Shown one piece after another: positions 24,999-34,138 of a DNA stretch of 64,000 nt; position 1 is the stretch's first letter; each line of letters starts with the position of its first letter. A model generated the notes under the pieces. That model made no database searches. It was not told where the DNA came from and saw only the letters and a list, made by a program, of their open reading frames with translations. A program made the translations under genes and the position numbers. This DNA comes from a virus: positions 1 to 64,000 of IMG/VR virus record IMGVR_UViG_3300025030_000005. The stretch is one strand, 5' to 3'.

Positions 24999-25306
24999 AA
25001 CAACATATCAAGGTAAGGGCAAAGCTAATTAAGGATATAGTTGAGGTTAGCGTACTTGAGCAATCCCATTTCGCAAACTACTTTGGTAGCACTAGGACTG
25101 AATATGCTGGCGGACTGTTCTTCGCATCTAACGGGTTTTGCCTAGCCTCCAACTACAGGCCTGAGTGGGTAAAACATAAAGACCGTCTGTACTTAAGAGG
25201 TACTTCCACTGCGAATAACCAGGACACAGCGAGAGTTTCCATTAAAGACTGGGCTAAAATTAAGCAGGCCATATTTGAGTATAATGAATGGGGAGAAAAA
25301 CAATGA
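24995..25306 (+). CDS. HIKxR-EQxH-YNEW family protein
   Basis: MKQHIKVRAKL..VEVSVLEQSHFANYFG..ASNGFCLASN..LYLRG..WAKIKQAIFEYNEWGEKQ. ATGA overlap. Confidence 0.85.
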   Translation: MKQHIKVRAKLIKDIVEVSVLEQSHFANYFGSTRTEYAGGLFFASNGFCLASNYRPEWVKHKDRLYLRGTSTANNQDTARVSIKDWAKIKQAIFEYNEWGEKQ

Positions 25307-26655
25307 AAGAGTTTGAAGTACTTGAACACGTAGGCAAAACGGCTTCTTCACGAATGAAGGTATCAACGCTCAAACAGTATGACAGCCCTAGGTTGCGAGC
25401 TATACTGAAGGCGACATACGACCCATTCAAGTCCTATAGAGTAAAGAAACTAGATATACCTACAAAGTTTAACTCCGTATCTGTTGACATTTTAGATGAA
25501 CTACTCCAAGTGTTAGATATTCTTGCTGCGCATTCAGTGACTCCTGCGCAAGGGAGAACCCTGATAAAAAATGTAATGTCTAAGACTACTGAAGAAGACA
25601 GCAAATGGATAGCCAAGATCACCAGCCGTGACCTTAAGATAGGAATTAGTGAAGGAAGCATAAATCGAGCCTTCAAGGGTCTTATACCTACCTTCAAGGT
25701 TATGTTAGCTCACCCTGTAGTGGAGCCTAAAAGCGGAAACAGTCGGTGGGATGACTTCAAATTTCCATGTGCTATCGAGCACAAGCTCGACGGAATGCGC
25801 TGCATAGCTATATGTGATGGAACTAAGGTTCAGTTCAAAACCAGAGAAGGCCATGACCTTGAGGCACTTGACTACCTAGCCTCACAAGTTTTAGCGCTCA
25901 AACCCGGCTGTGCCTTTGTAATTGATGGAGAGATACTCGGCAGTGTATTCTACCCTGAATGCAAGACTGCTAAGAAAAACAAAGATGCAGGTAAAAACTG
26001 GGTATTCGCTCAAGGCATTAGCATGGCTAGGTCTGGCAAGGGTACTTATAGTGAATCTGCCATGCTTAATCACCTTGTATTTAAAGTGTGGGACATAGTA
26101 GATTACGACTACTTTATGTCGCATGGAGAGAAGGGAGAATGTAAGGCTCTTAAGTTCCGAAAGTCGGAACTCGCAGGGTTGTTTGAAAGACAATCTAACC
26201 TACGAGGCCTAGCGATGATGGAAAGCATCCTTGTTAAAAACAAGGAAGAGGCTGTAGATTTCTTTACTAAAATCGTAGCCGAAGGTGGAGAAGGTGCTAT
26301 GATTAAAGAACTTGATTCCTTATATGAGTTCGATAGGTCTTACAAAATGCTGAAAATTAAAGCGTTCTACCCAGCTGACTTGCGTATTATAGGCGCTTTT
26401 GAGGGTAAGCTTGGAACACGCCATGAGGGAAGTCTTGGTGGGCTTATCCTTGGCGATGATGCTAAGTTGAAGTCTGAGTGCGGCACTGGAATTGATGATG
26501 ACCTGCGCCTTGAAATGTGGTTTAGACATAAAGCCGGAAAGTTGGTTGGGGGAATTGTGGAAGTCCTGTATCAAGAGATAACTGCAGATAACAGCTTGAG
26601 GCTTCCCATCTTTGTGAGGGAGAGGCCAGATAAAACTACTGTATCTTTTCAATAA
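25303..26655 (+). CDS. ATP-dependent DNA ligase
   Basis: Adenylation motif EHKLDGMRC (KxDG), then GEGAMIK and LKIK motifs. The start is coupled to the preceding family gene by the same ATGA junction. Confidence 0.85.
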   Translation: MKEFEVLEHVGKTASSRMKVSTLKQYDSPRLRAILKATYDPFKSYRVKKLDIPTKFNSVSVDILDELLQVLDILAAHSVTPAQGRTLIKNVMSKTTEEDSKWIAKITSRDLKIGISEGSINRAFKGLIPTFKVMLAHPVVEPKSGNSRWDDFKFPCAIEHKLDGMRCIAICDGTKVQFKTREGHDLEALDYLASQVLALKPGCAFVIDGEILGSVFYPECKTAKKNKDAGKNWVFAQGISMARSGKGTYSESAMLNHLVFKVWDIVDYDYFMSHGEKGECKALKFRKSELAGLFERQSNLRGLAMMESILVKNKEEAVDFFTKIVAEGGEGAMIKELDSLYEFDRSYKMLKIKAFYPADLRIIGAFEGKLGTRHEGSLGGLILGDDAKLKSECGTGIDDDLRLEMWFRHKAGKLVGGIVEVLYQEITADNSLRLPIFVRERPDKTTVSFQ

Positions 26656-26678
26656 TACGCAACTAAAGGAGTAATACT

Positions 26679-26891
26679 ATGTGGCCATTTTCTAAGAAAA
26701 CACCCGTCTATTTTGAGGACCTTACTTCTTGTCATGTGTGCGGGTGCCTGCTAGTAAAGAACATGCATACTGAAGGGAGGCCTGAGCTAGTAGAAAGAAG
26801 CATAATCGGTAGGTTCAGCTACGAAGATAAAGTTACGTATGAGTTGAAGGAAAGATTCTACTGCGCGGCTCACCATCCAAAGAACCAATAG
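26679..26891 (+). CDS. hypothetical small protein
   Basis: SD aaaggag. CHVCGC...CAAHH. Confidence 0.5.
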   Translation: MWPFSKKTPVYFEDLTSCHVCGCLLVKNMHTEGRPELVERSIIGRFSYEDKVTYELKERFYCAAHHPKNQ

Positions 26892-26903
26892 GAGGATTAA
26901 ATT

Positions 26904-27227
26904 ATGTTTACTATAGACCCGGAACGCGAGAAGTATATCCTTGAAAACATGGGAATAAAGTATCATCACGGCGTTAGAGGAACCATTTACTGTAGCAAAG
27001 GAACTGTCACGGAGTGGGAATATTTCGGACTGATGTACGAGTGGGCGTCCGGCCAACCTTTTTGGCCTAGATTCCTAAAGCTAAGGGTAGGAGAGGAAAT
27101 AGACTACCTCGGACCTTTATACTTCCCAATTCAACAGGAATTTATCAACGCGGAGCTTTTCGCCAACGCGCTGTTTGAGTTCCTAGCTCTAGGCGAAGGA
27201 GAAATAGATTGGAAAAACTTGAGGTAA
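26904..27227 (+). CDS. hypothetical protein
   Basis: SD aggagg, 107 aa. Confidence 0.5.
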   Translation: MFTIDPEREKYILENMGIKYHHGVRGTIYCSKGTVTEWEYFGLMYEWASGQPFWPRFLKLRVGEEIDYLGPLYFPIQQEFINAELFANALFEFLALGEGEIDWKNLR

Positions 27228-27253
27228 CCAATGCACTAATGTCTCATAAATAG

Positions 27254-28083
27254 CTAATGCCTAGGTCTACCATTAGGCCGCACGCTATAACCGTACTGCA
27301 AGGCAATATCAAGAACAGATCTTATAGATATATTAAACATGCTAGCTAATTGGGTGGAAGAATGTCCATCAGAATACATGCCTGCTATACTCTGTTTAAT
27401 TTCTTCAGGTATTCTATTGGATTTGATTTTAATACCATTAAAGGTTATAATTTTTAGGACGGTCCTCCTAGGAATGCCGTACCGCAATCCTAAACTTGTG
27501 GTTGACGCACCAGCAAGATAATGTTCGCATAATTCAGTGACTTGCGACTTAGCTAGTGTATTACATAACCGACTTCTAATAGGAGTATTAGTGTTTCTAA
27601 GGCTACTACTGATGGTGGTGCTAGACACATTAAATTCACGAGCGATAGAGCATGTGGTACCTCCAGCCTCATACATAAGTTTTACTTGTATGTCATCTTC
27701 TTTGGTTAACTTCGCAGTTCTACCAAGGAGCGCTCCAGAACCTCCGCGAACTAAATTTAATAGAGGGCCTTTATTAATAATTGCTCTACCTACAACTTGT
27801 ATTATAGCGTACTCCAATGAGTACGCTTCATCTTCAGTAAGATCTGACTTTATTTTTATTATATAGTCTTTAATCTCGTAGCCTAATTCTATTAATTTAA
27901 GTATCCTTTTATGCTTCAAGGTTCTATTTTTAACTTTGCCTCTGCGATATGACATAGCATCCTGTTTAGTTTTCCTTTGCCTACGTAGTAAGGTTCATAA
28001 CTTAATCGTAAGTTAATGTTTGGGTACTCATAGTTACCAGGCTTAGTGGGGTCCACGTATACGTATACATAGTTATTATTCAT
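27254..28083 (-). pseudogene. GIY-YIG homing endonuclease with three C-terminal HTH repeats, interrupted by a frameshift
   Basis: N-terminal piece 28083..27916 reads MNNNYVYVYVDPTKPG..YEPYYVGKGKLNRMLCHI (GIY-YIG) and stops. The rest continues in another frame from 27955 (KNRTLKHKRILKLIELGYEI...). The switch lies near the A-rich run gcaaagttaaaaat. Only minus-strand gene in the early region. Confidence 0.7.
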
Positions 28084-28184
28084 AGGGTTAGTCCTTGCTA
28101 TTTATGAGGTGGGTGACTCTCTATTACATTATATACTTAAATTTACCCTAATTTATTAATGAATTAAACAGGAGGAGTTACCGA

Positions 28185-29513
28185 GTGACAATTCAACTGC
28201 GCCATCTGGCTAAAGTAAGTTTGCCTAATGACCCTTCAGTAAAAGCTCTCATCCTTAATATGTACTCGTATACTACTAAGAATGGAGACGTGTATTCTAA
28301 CTACATCTACAAAGATAACGTTGCATATCTTCCACCAAATCTAGAAAAACTTAAAAAAGTGGCTAGTCTTCTCGACAGAGAGATAGCAGACCAACGTAGC
28401 AAAGGCTCTCCATTAGGAGAGCCTTTTGTGTTGTCTGAAGAATTTAAATTCCGAAGCTACCAGGAAGAACCCGCAAATGAGCTTATACGTAAAGTGAAGG
28501 ATGAAGGCTCCTGCACCTTATCAGCGGCTACAGGAGCTGGAAAAACAATAGTAATGACGTATGCTTACGGTAATATTGGAAGAAAAACCTTAGTTTTGCT
28601 CGATCAGAGCAACCTGATACAAAATTGGCAAGATGCAGCTAAGTTAATTTGGAATAGAGATATCCAAATTATAAAAGCCGGAACCTCTTCTTTCGGAGAC
28701 GTCTGCCTAGCTACCTTCCAACTCCTCGCTAGAAGCCCTGACCTACTGAAAAGAATGCGCACTGAATTTGGAACTTTAGTAGCTGATGAAGCCCACACAG
28801 CAGGGGCGGACTCTTTTAGATACGTTCTGTCCCAACTGGACAACAAGCACAGGATAGCGTGCTCGGCTAGTTACTTCCGCAAGCATCTTAACACCGACAT
28901 TCTAAACGACTTCCTCGCTCCAGTTGGCGTTACAATGGTAAATAAAAACGCCGTAGTACCAGAAGTTAGGTGGGTGGACACTAAAGTAAAGTGGGTGTCC
29001 AACATCCCGATGGATTTTGGGTGTTATACTTTACCCGCCCTAGCTATAAATGATGAAAGAAACGCACTCATTTTTAAAATCATACAAGAGTGCGCGGCAG
29101 ACAAACGAGTAATAGCAGTGGTGTGTATCACCATAGCCCAAGCTAAAATGCTTAATGATTTAGCTAACGCGGCAGGGATAAGTAGTATTTCTTACACTGG
29201 AACTGCCTCTGTTAAGAAAGATAGAGAGGTAAAAGAATCAATAGAAAGCGGGAAAATACAAGTAATTCATATAGTTAAGAAGTTGGATAAGGGTGCAGAC
29301 ATTCCCAGCTTAGATGCCATGGTGTTGGCTCGCCCGAATAATAGCCTTAGAGACTCTATACAGGTAGTAGGTAGACTTACCAGGGTTAAAGAAGGTAAAA
29401 GAACCCCAATCCTATATGATCTTAGGGATGATGTTGAAAACAGCTTGGCATGGACCTTTGCTAAGAATAGAAAGAGATATTACAAACAGCTTGGGTATAA
29501 GGAGGCAAAATAA
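28185..29513 (+). CDS. SF2 DEAH-box helicase
   Basis: Walker A SAATGAGKT, DEAH box LVADEAH, C-terminal helicase-domain motifs (VGRLTR). GTG start behind SD aggagg. Confidence 0.8.
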   Translation: MTIQLRHLAKVSLPNDPSVKALILNMYSYTTKNGDVYSNYIYKDNVAYLPPNLEKLKKVASLLDREIADQRSKGSPLGEPFVLSEEFKFRSYQEEPANELIRKVKDEGSCTLSAATGAGKTIVMTYAYGNIGRKTLVLLDQSNLIQNWQDAAKLIWNRDIQIIKAGTSSFGDVCLATFQLLARSPDLLKRMRTEFGTLVADEAHTAGADSFRYVLSQLDNKHRIACSASYFRKHLNTDILNDFLAPVGVTMVNKNAVVPEVRWVDTKVKWVSNIPMDFGCYTLPALAINDERNALIFKIIQECAADKRVIAVVCITIAQAKMLNDLANAAGISSISYTGTASVKKDREVKESIESGKIQVIHIVKKLDKGADIPSLDAMVLARPNNSLRDSIQVVGRLTRVKEGKRTPILYDLRDDVENSLAWTFAKNRKRYYKQLGYKEAK

Positions 29514-29514
29514 T

Positions 29515-30264
29515 ATGGCACTAATACTAGGAGATGTACACGGGTATTATGAGAAGCTTAAAGCTTTTCTAGAATATAAACCTGAAGAAGAACACCTACT
29601 TACAGGCGATCTTATGGACGCCTACAATGCTTCTGATGAAACTATTTGTAAGACCTTCGAGCTATTTATACAGTCCAGCGCCTTAGCTACGTGGTCAAAT
29701 CATGACATAACCTACGTGCATAAATGCCCATCAGAGTTAGCTTGCTCTGGGCACAGAAATAATCCGGCGTTTGGGCATCTTATAAATGGCAATAAAGATA
29801 AATATGTTGGATCATTTATCAGAGACAACTATTTAATTACTCATGGAGGAATCTCTAAAGGATTTGGAGAGCGCTTTGATACTATCGAAGCGCTCTCTGA
29901 GTATATAAACGCAGAGATAGACAAGGTAGTTAATCTATCCACAGGTGAAGTAGTTCAAAGGCCCTTGTCTGATGTTTTCAGCATAGATTTCACCAGAGGT
30001 GGGTATGGTAAGTACGGAGGCCCACTTTGGGCAGATTACCGGACTGAACACTTTGATAATAGATTTAACCAAGTTTTTGGTCATACTCATAGGGACAAGC
30101 CAAAGATACTTGACTTTTCTAAATTAGGATATGACACAAAGTTTGCTGCTATTGACTGCTCTGAATGGTATTGCTTCAATACTAAGACAGGTGAGCTAGA
30201 AGATTACATGCCAGAGAAATGGAATAATAGTTTTGATAGGTATAAATTAGAAGTAAACTACTGA
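29515..30264 (+). CDS. calcineurin-like metallophosphoesterase / Ser-Thr protein phosphatase
   Basis: LGDVHG, GDLMD, NHD and GHTH motifs in canonical order. Start moved from 29416 to ATG 29515 behind SD aaggagg. Confidence 0.75.
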   Translation: MALILGDVHGYYEKLKAFLEYKPEEEHLLTGDLMDAYNASDETICKTFELFIQSSALATWSNHDITYVHKCPSELACSGHRNNPAFGHLINGNKDKYVGSFIRDNYLITHGGISKGFGERFDTIEALSEYINAEIDKVVNLSTGEVVQRPLSDVFSIDFTRGGYGKYGGPLWADYRTEHFDNRFNQVFGHTHRDKPKILDFSKLGYDTKFAAIDCSEWYCFNTKTGELEDYMPEKWNNSFDRYKLEVNY

Positions 30265-30286
30265 TAAACATAAAGGAGGCAACAAA

Positions 30287-30565
30287 ATGATATTCCAAAA
30301 AGAACTTCTTAAAGATAAAGTAGACGAGGGCGTGTTCCAAGAGATCATAGAAAGATCTCGTTGGAGTATTCTCTATAGAGAAATTTTTCAACACGATGGT
30401 AAATTCTACGAAACCTACTACTCCACAGCAGCCACTGAGTGCCAAGATGAATTGCCTTACGAATTTGACGATGACGACATCTGGTGTGATGAAGTTGAGT
30501 TAATAGAAAAGGTTACTAAAGTGTGGCAGAAAGTAGAGACTTCCGACAAGTCGGAAGTTAATTAG
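30287..30565 (+). CDS. hypothetical acidic protein
   Basis: SD aaaggagg. The 3' end contains stem-loop copy 30539-30558. Confidence 0.55.
   Translation: MIFQKELLKDKVDEGVFQEIIERSRWSILYREIFQHDGKFYETYYSTAATECQDELPYEFDDDDIWCDEVELIEKVTKVWQKVETSDKSEVN
30539..30558. repeat. conserved stem-loop element (ACTTCCGA-CAAG-TCGGAAGT)
   Basis: Perfect 8-bp stem overlapping the last codons (TSDKSEV) of 30287..30565. SD aggagg follows. Confidence 0.85.
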
Positions 30566-30574
30566 GAGGTTACT

Positions 30575-30745
30575 ATGACAACAGCAGGGTGGTTAATTAT
30601 AACAATAGCTATGGTGTATGTTACTTCTTACGTAGAGCATAAACTGCCATTACGTTGGTGGAATTTTCCTACAATGTTAGTTTTGATGGGCCTTACTTTC
30701 ACGGCTGCCTGCGCTACGTTCATAACTCTTATCACATCCAATTAG
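30575..30745 (+). CDS. small membrane protein (56 aa)
   Basis: SD aggagg 5 nt upstream. Two hydrophobic helices. Confidence 0.5.
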   Translation: MTTAGWLIITIAMVYVTSYVEHKLPLRWWNFPTMLVLMGLTFTAACATFITLITSN

Positions 30746-30755
30746 GAGATTACCA

Positions 30756-30974
30756 ATGACCGATATAAAAGAAGAACTGTGGGTAACTAAAGAAGGAACT
30801 GCCATACCTATTTCCGATATGTCGGAAGAGCACCTCAGAAATACCCTCAAAATGATCGTAAAGCAGCTTAGAAGGGGAGATCTTACACGACTAGGGTATC
30901 ACCATGGCCGACTTAACTTAGCTAGGGCTATAGCTGACATAGAGGAGGTTGAGCTATGTCAAAGAAGCATATAA
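30756..30974 (+). CDS. hypothetical protein
   Basis: SD aggag. Contains a stem-loop copy at 30811-30828 (ISDMSEE). Confidence 0.5.
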   Translation: MTDIKEELWVTKEGTAIPISDMSEEHLRNTLKMIVKQLRRGDLTRLGYHHGRLNLARAIADIEEVELCQRSI

Positions 30975-31324
30975 AACTGAGAGCACAACTCACGCATGAT
31001 AAAGAACATGTTATCATAAATACTATTCAAATGACTCACACTCTTGCAGGCTTCGGCACTAAAGAGGATGGACATGACTGGAGCAGTCTAGGCTATCCTA
31101 CGTATTCTTTTGTTCATGGCGATGTGCGTATTTATAATTTGGTAACTGGGTTCCACGCTACCTCAGTGTATGCGGCAGACAGCAGATCAGAGCGCCATCT
31201 AGGAATAAACCACTGGGTATTTATAGGGACAAAAGACAGCGATCCTTCCCGGCCTATACCTCTGGATATGTGGAAAAAGATAAAATCAGCAGTAGCAACC
31301 TACAACGAATATTTTAAGGAGTAG
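30956..31324 (+). CDS. HIKxR-EQxH-YNEW family protein
   Basis: MSKKHIKLRAQL..VIINTIQMTHTLAGFG..WKKIKSAVATYNEYF. Confidence 0.8.
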   Translation: MSKKHIKLRAQLTHDKEHVIINTIQMTHTLAGFGTKEDGHDWSSLGYPTYSFVHGDVRIYNLVTGFHATSVYAADSRSERHLGINHWVFIGTKDSDPSRPIPLDMWKKIKSAVATYNEYFKE

Positions 31325-31327
31325 ACT

Positions 31328-31696
31328 ATGCCAAAGCATATAAAGATAAGGGGTAAGCTGACTCCCGATAGAAAGCGGGTTATTGTTGAATTGCTAGAAA
31401 GGACGCATTACAGTAGCAAATTTGGAGACTCTAAAACTAGTAAAGGTTGGGCTCACGGGCCTATGGGATTTCACATAAGAGGCCCTATTAGGATCTACAG
31501 CCTCAGTTCTTCAGTGAAGGGAGCTATAGTGTACGAAAAATCTGGATCTGAAAATTACGGAACAGGCGTGCGCAAATGGGTACATCTGGGCGCGGCTGGG
31601 ATTAACTCCGACCCTAAAGGCACCTTAACACTAGAAGAATGGGCAGGGCTTAAACAAACCGTAAATGATTACAATGAATATTTTAAGGATAAGTAA
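31328..31696 (+). CDS. HIKxR-EQxH-YNEW family protein
   Basis: MPKHIKIRGKL..VIVELLERTHYSSKFG..WAGLKQTVNDYNEYF. Confidence 0.8.
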   Translation: MPKHIKIRGKLTPDRKRVIVELLERTHYSSKFGDSKTSKGWAHGPMGFHIRGPIRIYSLSSSVKGAIVYEKSGSENYGTGVRKWVHLGAAGINSDPKGTLTLEEWAGLKQTVNDYNEYFKDK

Positions 31697-31705
31697 AATT
31701 ATTTT

Positions 31706-31790
31706 GTTTATATAAAAGATTTTACTTGACAAATTTCAATTTCTGTGGTATAATGTGAATCGTTCCGCTGGTCGGAACGATATACCTATA
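31706..31790 (+). repeat. promoter + 5' hairpin cassette (direct-orientation partner of 9385-9470)
   Basis: Matches the inverted 9.4-kb copy in a 28-nt block and a 45-nt block. Contains hairpin ATCGTTCCG-CTGGT-CGGAACGAT at 31759-31781, at the predicted transcript 5' end. Confidence 0.85.
31726..31754 (+). promoter_or_regulatory. consensus sigma70-type promoter
   Basis: TTGACA-17 nt-TATAAT with TGg extended -10. Confidence 0.75.
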
Positions 31791-31819
31791 TTATAGAATA
31801 CCAGAGAGGACAGATACCA

Positions 31820-32062
31820 ATGCCATTACCAACCCCACAGACTAAAGATGTACTACAAGGATTGATACTGATTACCTCTGGTATATCCGTTTATCTAATG
31901 GCAGGTAAGAATCATAAGAGAGCATTTATAGTTAGCTTAGCTTGTCAGCCTCTATGGTTCTACATAACATACAACTCAGGTCAATGGGGTATGTTTATTC
32001 TATCCATATGGCATACCATCAATCAAGTAAGAGGCTACATAAACCACAGAGATGAATATTAA
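31820..32062 (+). CDS. small membrane protein
   Basis: Three hydrophobic helices. First ORF after the promoter. Confidence 0.55.
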   Translation: MPLPTPQTKDVLQGLILITSGISVYLMAGKNHKRAFIVSLACQPLWFYITYNSGQWGMFILSIWHTINQVRGYINHRDEY

Positions 32063-32077
32063 AGGAGGACATTAACA

Positions 32078-32341
32078 ATGGCAAGAAAACCTACAAGATA
32101 CCTTACTAAAGAATTGATTCAGAAGGATGAGTTTGTACTGGAGGATAGCGTGTTTAGGAAGGTGCCTCAGTTTCCTTCTTACTTTGTGTCTGACCGTGGA
32201 GAAGTGATCTCTACCTGCGGAAAGCTTAAGATACTTCATGGGTGTATGATAGGCAGCACCAGAAAGTACGCTCTGCATAATCGTATAGACAAGCCTAAGC
32301 CGATGTCAGATGATCTTATCTGCGCTATGGCGTTTGATTAG
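32078..32341 (+). CDS. NUMOD4-like fragment (homing-endonuclease remnant?)
   Basis: FRKVPQFPSYFVSDRGEVIS resembles the NUMOD4 motif. At 87 aa it has no nuclease domain. Confidence 0.4.
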   Translation: MARKPTRYLTKELIQKDEFVLEDSVFRKVPQFPSYFVSDRGEVISTCGKLKILHGCMIGSTRKYALHNRIDKPKPMSDDLICAMAFD

Positions 32342-32349
32342 GAGGGTGT

Positions 32350-32703
32350 ATGCGACATATAAAACTGAGAGCTAGGCTTGTATCTAAAGATAGGTGCATG
32401 TTAAGTGTTGTTGAGCAGTCACATAGAAATGATAGGTTTGGTGGTCATTTTGGTAATGTTCCTTTTATATTTTACCATGACAAGATTGCATTTGCTTCTG
32501 ATGGTAGTCCTGCTTGTTACAACAGCGGCCTTTCTCATCTCGTGACTAGCTGGAAAGTCCCTCCCGAGATTGATCTGTGGGTGTTCCTGAGGGGACGTAG
32601 CTTTATGTATGACGATAAAGAAGTACCCGTATCAGCATCTAGATGGCCAGAAATAAAAGTCGCCGTAGAAGCCTACAATAAATTTTACAAAGACAGAGAA
32701 TAA
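32350..32703 (+). CDS. HIKxR-EQxH-YNEW family protein
   Basis: MRHIKLRARL..CMLSVVEQSHRNDRFGG..WPEIKVAVEAYNKFY. Confidence 0.85.
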   Translation: MRHIKLRARLVSKDRCMLSVVEQSHRNDRFGGHFGNVPFIFYHDKIAFASDGSPACYNSGLSHLVTSWKVPPEIDLWVFLRGRSFMYDDKEVPVSASRWPEIKVAVEAYNKFYKDRE

Positions 32704-32706
32704 TGC

Positions 32707-32735
32707 TTGACAAATGAAGTGATTTGTGGTATAAT
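32707..32735 (+). promoter_or_regulatory. consensus sigma70-type promoter
   Basis: TTGACA-17 nt-TATAAT with TGg extended -10. The upstream context taatgcTTGACAAAT is identical to 44631-44645. Confidence 0.75.
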
Positions 32736-32776
32736 GCGACCTTCTTTCAAATTATACCAGAGTACAAGGAGAACTA

Positions 32777-34129
32777 ATGGCACAGGCCAACGCTCAGTAC
32801 GAGCTTAGCATAATTAACATTCTATTAACAAAGAAATCACCTGACTTGCTTGTAAGGCTTACCCCAGACTACTTTGGAGTTAAAGACATAGGCAACTTGT
32901 TCAGGCTCATTAAGGGATTCTACGTAGACCACGGCAGGTTCCTTGGGTTTGACGCAGTTAAAGCTGAATTGGAAGCTCGTATTACAGACAGAGACAAGCT
33001 TAAATTCATGTGTGGCCTCATAGATGACATCCGTGATAAGGATGTATCAGGTCTTACTGAAAGCTATTTGATGGACGAACTCAAGAAGCAGCTTCAATTC
33101 AGAGTAGCTCTTGCCGGAGTAGGTAAGATAGTAGACGCAGTAGAGAAGAAAGAAGCCGGTCGTGTTGTAGGTGAGATGCAGAGTCTGTACGAACGTATGT
33201 TCTCTGAGTCAGCGTCAGAAAGCATTGCTTCTGCTGATATGGCTGCAATGACAGGGAAGAAAATTGAGTTCACCTATGAGAAGACTGGTCTGAGCGGTAT
33301 AGACAAGTACGGCGGGTTGATCGAGGCTGGGCTGTCTATGGTTCTTGGTGAGTCTGGGAGGGGCAAGACCCATATGGCTACACAGTGGGCTGTTAACCAT
33401 CACAGGAATTATGAAGGAAGCTCCGCCATCATGAGTTGGGAGCAGGGCGCTGGTGAGTTACGTGCTAGGATTCTTTCGCATCTTAGTGAGGTTGACCTTG
33501 GCAAAGTCACTGTAGGTAACTTTACGGAGGCTGAACTTCTCAAGATTAGGTTAGCTGAGGTAGAGCATCTATGTGGTAAAAATGAAGAGGCTTTAGAGTT
33601 CTGTCGTAGAACGTATAAGCTTAACGACCAAGACTTTTGGGAAAATATGTGGACTACCTTCGATCCACAGAAGAAGAAGTTCATGCTGATTGATTCTGCC
33701 CCAGATTGGGATAATCTTTTCATTCTCATGGAGATGTTGGTACAGACAAGAGACGTAAGATTCTTTGTCATCGACTACCCTGAAATTATTGGCAGGGGTC
33801 GAGTGTCCAGTGAAGTGTCTTCTTGGGAATACAAGCTGGCTCAGATAGGGAAGCTTAAAGAGTTCTGCCGTAGACATAAAGTTCGTATTGTATTTCCTGC
33901 TCAGTTTTCTGAGAAAGCTGACCATATTAGGTACAACTCTGGCGCAATTAACTACTGCGACTTGTCTATTGCTATCACAGAAACTGAAGAAGACAAAGAG
34001 TTGGATACCTTTACCCTCAAGTTTAAGAAGTTCAGGAACTTTCTCACTGGGCCTACTGGAGAGATCCCTAAAGACTTCCGTGTAATGAAGCAGCTTAATA
34101 TAGCCAAGTTCAGTAGCTTTGAATTTTAA
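32777..34129 (+). CDS. DnaB-like replicative helicase
   Basis: Walker A LGESGRGKTH, RecA-like C-terminal half (FVIDYPE as Walker B), DnaB-like N-terminal helical domain. 450 aa. Confidence 0.75.
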   Translation: MAQANAQYELSIINILLTKKSPDLLVRLTPDYFGVKDIGNLFRLIKGFYVDHGRFLGFDAVKAELEARITDRDKLKFMCGLIDDIRDKDVSGLTESYLMDELKKQLQFRVALAGVGKIVDAVEKKEAGRVVGEMQSLYERMFSESASESIASADMAAMTGKKIEFTYEKTGLSGIDKYGGLIEAGLSMVLGESGRGKTHMATQWAVNHHRNYEGSSAIMSWEQGAGELRARILSHLSEVDLGKVTVGNFTEAELLKIRLAEVEHLCGKNEEALEFCRRTYKLNDQDFWENMWTTFDPQKKKFMLIDSAPDWDNLFILMEMLVQTRDVRFFVIDYPEIIGRGRVSSEVSSWEYKLAQIGKLKEFCRRHKVRIVFPAQFSEKADHIRYNSGAINYCDLSIAITETEEDKELDTFTLKFKKFRNFLTGPTGEIPKDFRVMKQLNIAKFSSFEF

Positions 34130-34138
34130 GGAGAGCTT

